Assembly (NCBI GenBank): GCA_048886685.1
Contig: JBHLKM010000005.1
Location: 10,958 to 74,957, forward strand
Source: Candidatus Hodarchaeota archaeon
GTDB lineage: Archaea > Asgardarchaeota > Lokiarchaeia > Sigyniarchaeales > SOKP01
Length of the DNA: 64,000 nt
Direction of reading: 5' to 3'
Under the pieces are notes generated by a model. The model saw nothing but the letters and a program-made list of their open reading frames with translations. It was not told where the DNA came from and made no database searches. Positions 57,052-64,000 of the stretch are shown here, piece after piece. The number at the start of each line of letters is the position of its first letter. Positions within the stretch are counted from its first letter, which is position 1. Both the position numbers and the translations under genes were made by a program.

Positions 57052-58932
57052 TTGACTGAAAGAGAACAAGAAGTAATTGTCCCTAAAAGAACGATTAAGT
57101 TATCTTCAGGAATCCTTTATGGAATTGGGTGTGGTATTGGAGGCTCAGTTTTTATATTATTAGGTACAGCCATTGGACAAGCAAGATCAGGTGTCTTTAT
57201 TAGTTTAATCTTAGGCGGAGTATTGATTTTCTTCACTGCCTTAAATTATAGTGAATTATCAACGAGTTTACCTATTTCTGGAGGTGCCTATAACTTTAGC
57301 AAGGAAGCATTGGGGGGTTTTTTAGCATTTATAATAGGTTTTTTCTTATGGATTGCCAATATTGCCACTTTCTCTTTTTCTGCTCAAGCTTTTGTAGTCG
57401 TCATTGAAGCTTTTTTTCCAGTCCCCATTATTAAAAATTTATTCATTCTTATAGCATTAGTATCAATATTACTTACTGCTATAGTTGTTTTTAGAACTCA
57501 AAAATTAGCCCTAAGGACATTAATTTCTTTAACAATTATTTTATTAATTATTTTTGGTATTTTTATCATATCGGGGTTATTAATTGCTCCTATTACGAAT
57601 ACATCAAATTTCAATATAGATTTTCTCACATCAGACACAAACTTTCTTAGTGTAATTCTTATGTTCCCATTCTTGTTTATTTTTTTTACTAGTATCACTT
57701 CAAATTTAGCATATTTAAATGCTGATCTAAAGAATCCTTCAAAAAATATCCCAAAAACAAATATTTTTGCTATACTGTTTACACTTTTAATTTATCTATT
57801 AATAACGACAGTATCTATGATCAATATTGGTAATAATCCAGATGAATCACCAATTTTTTTGGCGTTAATCCTAAATGATGTATTAGGATTTTCAGGCTAT
57901 TTATTAATGGGTATAGCGGCCACAATCGCGACTTTTATTGCAATGAACGTAGCTTTAGGATCAGCAGTAAGTGTAATGCACGCATTAACCAGAGATCACT
58001 ATATTTCACAGAAACTCTTGAAAGTAAATAAAAAAACAAATGTCCCCACATACATATTAATAATTACAACGGGAATTGCAATATTGTTTACAATTTTGGC
58101 AATAATTTTTGCTAATGTAGGCTTTACGGCGAATATTACAACTTTTATTTATTTTTTTGGATTAGCCTTCGTAAATTTTGCTGCAGTTAACCTTAGATAC
58201 AAAAGAAAAGAATTGGATCGTCCATTTAAGGCACCATTTTTTCCTTATCTGCCATTAATCGTTGGTTCCAGCTGTTTAATCTTCGCTTTTGCGTTAAATA
58301 TTAATGCTGTTCTTTTAGGTCTAGTTATTTTCGTTATTGGGATTACATATTACTTATTGACCATTGCAGACCGATATTCGATAGTCTTTACATTAGCAGG
58401 TTTGAAATTTTTTGCACTCATTCTTGTCGGAATTTTTATCTGGGTTTTAAACAATTTAAGTATAATTTCTTCTCCCATACCTGGATTTGTTAATACTTTT
58501 TCTTTTATATTACTCCGTATCTTAATTTTCTTTTGCATTTTTTCAATTGGTACGATTTTTTTTGATATTTTTCCTCTTAAAGAATTAGTTTATTTCTTTA
58601 TAAAAAAAGTTAACAAGAAGGAAGTAGCAATTGATATTGGAATTGGAACTATTATTGAATTGAAAAAAATTAAAGCAAAAAGCATCTATTATACTAATAT
58701 AATAATTAGCACTGTTCAAATGGCATCTTCTTTATATATTTTTTCTTTAATAACTTTATTTAATTTAGAGTTAATTTCAATAGAGAATATCACCTTTGGG
58801 AGTACCATTATTCCACAAAAAACAGCCGAATTTCTATTCATCTCATTTTTATTGTTTTTTGGGACAACTTTGTTATTTGGGGGCATTATTAGTTTGTATT
58901 TAAATCGAGAAACAAAAACTCTAGGAATTTAA
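57052..58932 (+). CDS. APC-family amino acid permease with extra C-terminal TM helices
   Basis: GIGGSVF, YSELSTSLPISGGAY, LKNPSKNIPK, RPFKAPFFP. Confidence 0.9.
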   Translation: MTEREQEVIVPKRTIKLSSGILYGIGCGIGGSVFILLGTAIGQARSGVFISLILGGVLIFFTALNYSELSTSLPISGGAYNFSKEALGGFLAFIIGFFLWIANIATFSFSAQAFVVVIEAFFPVPIIKNLFILIALVSILLTAIVVFRTQKLALRTLISLTIILLIIFGIFIISGLLIAPITNTSNFNIDFLTSDTNFLSVILMFPFLFIFFTSITSNLAYLNADLKNPSKNIPKTNIFAILFTLLIYLLITTVSMINIGNNPDESPIFLALILNDVLGFSGYLLMGIAATIATFIAMNVALGSAVSVMHALTRDHYISQKLLKVNKKTNVPTYILIITTGIAILFTILAIIFANVGFTANITTFIYFFGLAFVNFAAVNLRYKRKELDRPFKAPFFPYLPLIVGSSCLIFAFALNINAVLLGLVIFVIGITYYLLTIADRYSIVFTLAGLKFFALILVGIFIWVLNNLSIISSPIPGFVNTFSFILLRILIFFCIFSIGTIFFDIFPLKELVYFFIKKVNKKEVAIDIGIGTIIELKKIKAKSIYYTNIIISTVQMASSLYIFSLITLFNLELISIENITFGSTIIPQKTAEFLFISFLLFFGTTLLFGGIISLYLNRETKTLGI

Positions 58933-58970
58933 ATGATTTTTTAATCCATTCCACATAAGAGAAATTATAT

Positions 58971-59738
58971 ATGACAATATCTTTCCCTCGAATGAATCTT
59001 CATATTCATTCAAATTTCTCTGATGGTAAAAATAGCATTAAACAAATTGTTCAAAGTGCTTTAAAAATGAATTTAGATTTCATTGCAATAACAGATCATT
59101 ATACAGATTCATGGAAGGAATGGGTTTCTAAGTTAAAAGATGAACAAAAAATTTCAGAATATTTAACAGAAATAACGTTATATCAGAATTATTTAAGAAA
59201 CAACCAAAAAAAATTAACTGTTTTTAAAGGTCTTGAAATAGACCTCGCCAGTTCTGACGCCTTTATTAAAAAGATCAAACCGGATAAATTTAACTTGATC
59301 TTATTTGAATATCTTCAGACTGTAGAGGGAATCGCATTTGTAAAAAATTTAATCAATTTCTGGCTGCGAAAATTGAAAAATGAGAGCAACTTCCCTATTT
59401 TAGGATTAGCACATTTCGATCCTTCATATTTCATTTATGATAATCTTGATATTCTGGTTTCATTTCTCAAAGAATACAATATTTATTTTGAATTCAACTC
59501 AAGTTATTCGAATTTCTATTCTCAAAAAAATCAGGTGTTCTTCGATATATTAAGAGAACTAAATATTCCTGTAGCCATAGGATGTGACTCTCATAGTATA
59601 AAGAGTTTAAATAATATAGAAGAACCACTTAAAGTAATTGATTATTATAATCTAGAAAACAATTTTAAGATTCTGATAAATTTGCTGAAAAAGAAATCTC
59701 ACCTTGATTTCGGCTATAATAACCAAGGAAATATTTAA
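58971..59738 (+). CDS. PHP-domain phosphoesterase
   Basis: HIHSNFSDG, ITDH, GLE, LAH, GCDSH. Confidence 0.9.
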   Translation: MTISFPRMNLHIHSNFSDGKNSIKQIVQSALKMNLDFIAITDHYTDSWKEWVSKLKDEQKISEYLTEITLYQNYLRNNQKKLTVFKGLEIDLASSDAFIKKIKPDKFNLILFEYLQTVEGIAFVKNLINFWLRKLKNESNFPILGLAHFDPSYFIYDNLDILVSFLKEYNIYFEFNSSYSNFYSQKNQVFFDILRELNIPVAIGCDSHSIKSLNNIEEPLKVIDYYNLENNFKILINLLKKKSHLDFGYNNQGNI

Positions 59739-60102
59739 ATGCTTTTTCAAAGGAAATATCAATCAAAATTTCATTTTTTTCTTTAGGATCTGACACCATA
59801 TTCTTTACCATTTTTTTACCTATGCTAAAGATTTCTTTTACTGCATTTAATCTTTTTCCTACTGGCATACCTGATATCGCAGTGATACTACAGTTATTTC
59901 TAGTTTCCCATTCTTTTAATGCTTTTAATGCTGTAACTTTCATTGCCAAAACGGGTATGTTTATAAAATCACAGATAATTTTAGTTATTCCCATAATTAA
60001 CTTTGATTGTACTTCTGAGCATTTATCTTTTTGATAATCTCGTTCAATATTCTTAAGCGCTACTTCATCAAAATTTATGGTATATAAGAAAATAATTCTC
60101 AA
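59665..60102 (-). CDS. Hypothetical helical protein
   Basis: 145-aa ORF fills an otherwise empty interval; 74-bp convergent overlap with the PHP gene. Confidence 0.55.
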   Translation of the reverse strand: MRIIFLYTINFDEVALKNIERDYQKDKCSEVQSKLIMGITKIICDFINIPVLAMKVTALKALKEWETRNNCSITAISGMPVGKRLNAVKEIFSIGKKMVKNMVSDPKEKNEILIDISFEKAFKYFLGYYSRNQGEISFSANLSES

Positions 60103-60333
60103 CCCCTACCTATAATGACTATTATATCGAATATCTGTTATTTAAACCTTTTTTGAAGTAAAATCTTTTTTAGTAAAACTCAAACAATTTACTAATATCT
60201 TGAATGATTGTTCTTATATGCTAACTTATTTATACTCCTTTATTTTCCTAATTCTAACTCATCTCAATCTTAGAATCTTAATTTTCTATTAATTTCAAAA
60301 ATCTTTTTAAATCCTCTTTATTTAATGTTTTTT

Positions 60334-61092
60334 ATGAGTTTAGAAGAAAATATTGATCTGGCAGCTAAATGGATAGCTGAATCAAAAAGTCTAGTTGTGT
60401 TTACTGGAGCGGGGTGTTCAACAGGTAGCGGAATACCAGACTTTCGTGGACCTGATGGTCTTTGGACCAGACGGGATAAAGGTTTATCTCCACCCAAACC
60501 AAAAGTGGCATGGGATAAGGCGAGTCCAAACCCTAATCATTATGCCGTAGTAGAATTAATGGAAATGGAAAAGTTAAATTATCTCATTTCTCAAAATATA
60601 GATGGATTACACGCTAAATCAGGAATTCCATTTGAAATGCTCGCTGAACTTCATGGAAATCAATTCTTTATGAAATGTTTATTATGCAATAAAAAAATGT
60701 TATTCGAGGAAGCGGGATGGGATAAAGCAAAATGGGGACGTGGAATGAGAAAGGACCCTATCCGAGAAGGTCAACCAAAATGTCCGCATTGTGGCGGAAG
60801 AATAATTAACAGCATTGTAGATTTCGGCGATCCGCTTCCCTACGACGAACTCCAAGAATCTATCGTACGATCTCAAAATTCCGACGTGTTTTTTGTAATT
60901 GGATCATCACTTGTCGTTACCCCAGCCGCCAATATGCCTGGGATTGCCAAGCAGAATGGAGCAAAATTGATTATCATAAATAAGGGAGATACTCCTTATG
61001 ATACGGTGGCAGATATAAAATTTGATGAAAAAATTGAAGACATACTCCCGCCAATAATGGAAAAAGTAAAAGAAATGATAAAAAATGAATAA
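60334..61092 (+). CDS. NAD-dependent deacylase, Sir2 family (SIRT6/class IV-like), copy 1
   Basis: TGAGCST.SGIPDFRGPDGLWT, SQNIDGLH, ELHGN, two CxxC, GSSL; start MSLEE by alignment with copy 2 (track starts at 60325). Confidence 0.93.
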   Translation: MSLEENIDLAAKWIAESKSLVVFTGAGCSTGSGIPDFRGPDGLWTRRDKGLSPPKPKVAWDKASPNPNHYAVVELMEMEKLNYLISQNIDGLHAKSGIPFEMLAELHGNQFFMKCLLCNKKMLFEEAGWDKAKWGRGMRKDPIREGQPKCPHCGGRIINSIVDFGDPLPYDELQESIVRSQNSDVFFVIGSSLVVTPAANMPGIAKQNGAKLIIINKGDTPYDTVADIKFDEKIEDILPPIMEKVKEMIKNE

Positions 61093-61190
61093 TTTTGCTT
61101 TTTAATACTTTTATTCATTACCTTAGATTTTTTTTAATTTATTCTTAAACCTAATTATATTTTTATAATCGAGATCTTTATCTTAATATT

Positions 61191-61946
61191 ATGGATTTAG
61201 AAGAAAAAATAGACCTAGCAGCCAAATGGATAGCTGAGTCAGAAAGATTAGTTGTGTTTACTGGCGCTGGAATTTCGACAGAAAGCGGTTTACCTGACTT
61301 TCGAGGACCTGATGGATTGTGGACTAGAAGGGATAAAGGACTTCCTCCACCTAAAAGCCCCCCTTGGGATCAAGTAAAGCCAAATCCCGGACATTATGCA
61401 ATTGTTGAATTATTAAACATGGGCAAATTAGATTATCTTATATCTCAGAATGTTGATGGTCTGCATGCGAAATCTGGAATTCCATTTGAAAAACTAGCCG
61501 AACTCCATGGAAATATGTATTTTATGAAATGTTTAGGATGTGGTAAGAAGATGTTGTTTGAAGAAGTTGGTTGGGATCAAGAAATCTGGGGAAAAGGGTA
61601 TAGATCTAGCCCAATTAAGAAAGGGCAGCCTATATGTCCCGATTGTGGGGGAAGACTCATTAATAGTATTGTAAATTTTGGCGATCCTCTTCCAGAAGAT
61701 GATTTATACGAATCTATAAGAAGATCTGAAAGAAGTGATGTTTTTTTTGTAATAGGCTCTTCACTTGTGGTTGTTCCTGCCGCAAATATGCCTTTGTATG
61801 CGAAACAACATGGTGCGAAGTTAATAATTTTAAATAAAGGAGAAACACCTTATGATGGAATTACTGATTTAAGGTTTTCGGATCAAATCGGAGAGGTATT
61901 ACCACCTATTGTAGAAAAATTACAACAACTGATAAATGAAGAATAA
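61191..61946 (+). CDS. NAD-dependent deacylase, Sir2 family (SIRT6/class IV-like), copy 2
   Basis: TGAGISTESGLPDFRGPDGLWT, SQNVDGLH, KLAELHGNM, two CxxC, GSSL. Confidence 0.93.
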   Translation: MDLEEKIDLAAKWIAESERLVVFTGAGISTESGLPDFRGPDGLWTRRDKGLPPPKSPPWDQVKPNPGHYAIVELLNMGKLDYLISQNVDGLHAKSGIPFEKLAELHGNMYFMKCLGCGKKMLFEEVGWDQEIWGKGYRSSPIKKGQPICPDCGGRLINSIVNFGDPLPEDDLYESIRRSERSDVFFVIGSSLVVVPAANMPLYAKQHGAKLIILNKGETPYDGITDLRFSDQIGEVLPPIVEKLQQLINEE

Positions 61947-61975
61947 AATAATTTTGAATAATCGATTGTTTACTA

Positions 61976-63634
61976 TTATTTTATCTTTGCGTAGATATCT
62001 TTATTTCTATCAATCTCTTTAAGAATTCTTCTTCCTTCTTTATTCGATAATGATAGATTTATTTCACTTTTTCTACTTAAAGAACCTGTAAATATTTCTT
62101 CTTGATCAGCAAAGATAATAACATTTTGACTGGCATATGTAGGTGCAGCCCTTAAAATAATTCTATCTTTCCTTACTTCAAGGTCAAGGTTAATTCTTTC
62201 TTTCTTTGATTTACTAGTCCGATAAGTGGATAGATCAGCATATTGATCGGGTCTAAATTTTGATCTTTTAGGTGTTATTGGATTTATTACAATATCCTGG
62301 CCAAATGAATAAATTTCGAATTCTAAGTTGCGAGTTTTGTAATCCCTTACTTCTACTACAGGTCTAGCTAAATCTTTATCCCTTAAACCCGAGGGAACTT
62401 TAACAGTCATTTTAATGATTAGTACACTTGAAATATCTCCACCTTTTATAAATATTATTGTGTCAATGATAGAAGGCAACATTCCAAGTTCTATACGTCC
62501 TATGAACCTTTGGATTGCATCAATTGCAGAAGAGGAGTGAACAACACCAACCATCCCAACGCCAGAGAGACGAAAATCTGCATAAATTTCGAAATCTTTG
62601 GTAGTTCTAACTTCATCAAAGATCGTAAAATCTGGTCTTACAAGCAGGAGAATATCAGCAGAGTTCTCAAGATTACCTTCTAATTTAGTATATTGAGTGA
62701 TTTCAGGTAAGACTTGTAAGTCTCTTACACTTTCTAATGTTTTAACGACTTTATTTTGGCTTAAATAATGGTTTGCTAATGCTGCACAAAAAGTACTTTT
62801 CCCCGCTCCTGGAGAACCACATACAAGGATACCTTCTGCCTTTTGTAATCTTTTTTGTAATTGGGTGTCAATAGAATAATCGGATAATTTCAAATTTACA
62901 AGTGGTCGAACTGCTGTTATCTCAACATCATTAGAAAATGGGGGCCTGGTTATTACTATTCTAAACTCTCGTAATTGAGCTACTACAGCACCAATTTTCT
63001 CAATTTCTATAAAAGAGTGATCATCTTCTCTAACATTTTCGATTATTTCAAGAGCAATATCTTCAATGAGCTTTGGAGTGATAATTTCATTGTTAATTTT
63101 TTCCAACAACCAATTACCAGGCGAACCTCTCTTGGCATATGGGGGTAGATTCTTTTTGAGGTGAACACTCATAGTTTTATCATCAAAATAATCTAGTAGC
63201 TTAAGAGAAAGTGGTTCTTTAGGTCTATAGATTCCTCTTTCTTTTACGTAAAAAACATCTAATCCTTCAAAAATCCCTACATCACCCTGAATTCGATCAG
63301 CTGTTATTAATATTGCGTTATTATTCAGTGTAGTTTCTCTTATCAGAGCATCAAGTTCTCCCCCTGGCGCCATTTTTATTTCTTCTCTAGTAGGACGATT
63401 TCCTACGATTTTTAACTTTATTTTATTTTCTTTATTTAATTCACGTAATGACTTTAGAACATTTAAACCAAAGAATCCAATTTCTTTGTGAATATTTGTT
63501 CTGTACTCGATTTCTGCAATTACAATATTAGGTATTAAAATTTCTGGTTGTTCCCCCAACTCACCATTATCGATTAAATCAAGGATTAAGCCATTAAATA
63601 TTACAGAGGTATCACAAACGAATTTATCTGACAT
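61976..63634 (-). CDS. PIN-domain/PilT-like ATPase (archaeal PINA family)
   Basis: N-terminal PIN CDTSV, GSPGAGKST, RPDFTIFDEVR, GVVH, QRFIGRIELG. Confidence 0.92.
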   Translation of the reverse strand: MSDKFVCDTSVIFNGLILDLIDNGELGEQPEILIPNIVIAEIEYRTNIHKEIGFFGLNVLKSLRELNKENKIKLKIVGNRPTREEIKMAPGGELDALIRETTLNNNAILITADRIQGDVGIFEGLDVFYVKERGIYRPKEPLSLKLLDYFDDKTMSVHLKKNLPPYAKRGSPGNWLLEKINNEIITPKLIEDIALEIIENVREDDHSFIEIEKIGAVVAQLREFRIVITRPPFSNDVEITAVRPLVNLKLSDYSIDTQLQKRLQKAEGILVCGSPGAGKSTFCAALANHYLSQNKVVKTLESVRDLQVLPEITQYTKLEGNLENSADILLLVRPDFTIFDEVRTTKDFEIYADFRLSGVGMVGVVHSSSAIDAIQRFIGRIELGMLPSIIDTIIFIKGGDISSVLIIKMTVKVPSGLRDKDLARPVVEVRDYKTRNLEFEIYSFGQDIVINPITPKRSKFRPDQYADLSTYRTSKSKKERINLDLEVRKDRIILRAAPTYASQNVIIFADQEEIFTGSLSRKSEINLSLSNKEGRRILKEIDRNKDIYAKIK

Positions 63635-63999
63635 TATTCACCATTCTCTCCTTTATTTAAAATTTGAAATTTTTTAACACTGTAATATATGGGCTTGCTT
63701 AAGCGATCTACTGTTGCCACAATTAAGTCTTTCCGCGAGCTTAATGCTACTCGAGACATCTTATCCAAATCTCTCAACTCAATTGGATCTCCTTCAAATA
63801 CGGGGAATATTAAAAATTTAGCAGTGTCTTTCTCAAAATCAGCTCCTCTTTTATAAACACGAAATTCTATCCCATTTCCGTAACCGGTTCGAACGATATA
63901 TCCTCTTTTTCTTAGATCCATATAAATGATATATTTATGCCATAGTCGATTGTCAAATTGTGTAAAATAAGTTAATAAACCTTCAAAATCGTATAATGC
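63634..63999 (-). CDS. endA: tRNA-splicing endonuclease subunit, C-terminal part (5' end outside window)
   Basis: Frame open to the window edge: WHKYIIYMDLRKRGYIVRTG..EFRVYKRG...RVALSSRKDLIVA. Confidence 0.82.
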   Translation of the reverse strand, partial: ALYDFEGLLTYFTQFDNRLWHKYIIYMDLRKRGYIVRTGYGNGIEFRVYKRGADFEKDTAKFLIFPVFEGDPIELRDLDKMSRVALSSRKDLIVATVDRLSKPIYYSVKKFQILNKGENGE

Positions 64000-64000
64000 T

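Noticed and set aside
3632-60034. Many short track ORFs overlapping real genes (e.g. 3632, 6094, 8990, 9374, 9661, 13978, 20859, 30366, 43082, 45596, 54450, 55500)
   Set aside because: Antisense or off-frame shadows of well-supported genes, with no motifs or coding-like composition
1-64000. tRNA/rRNA genes, transposases, integrases, defence islands
   Set aside because: No GC-rich structured RNA island or mobile-element motif seen by eye; a tRNAscan/Infernal run would be needed to exclude them formally

Overview
Very AT-rich, gene-dense archaeal chromosomal segment, most consistent with an Asgard archaeon of Lokiarchaeia type. This is inferred from gene content, not from a database search. 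Archaeal housekeeping genes include the ADP-forming acyl-CoA ligase beta subunit, ASH-Ski2-like helicase, PINA ATPase, tRNA splicing endonuclease and comD/comE. They are mixed with many eukaryote-like proteins: two Rab-like small GTPases, an actin-related protein, an MPN/JAMM-TPR protein, an Sds22-type LRR protein, a longin-like protein, two SIRT6-like sirtuins, an SSUH2-like zinc-finger protein and a HEAT plus winged-helix-repeat protein resembling UFL1/PCI. About 52 CDS were found, plus one deleted gamma-glutamyltranspeptidase pseudogene. No rRNA, tRNA, CRISPR array or transposase was recognised. Best leads: (1) a Rab-coiled-coil fusion co-transcribed with an 11-mer-repeat protein, near a golgin-like tail-anchored coiled coil; (2) an actin-related protein with a zinc-ribbon insertion and substituted catalytic residues; (3) tandem class IV-like sirtuins; (4) at least four genes that appear to start at ATT/ATA/ATC; (5) two well-defined operator architectures.
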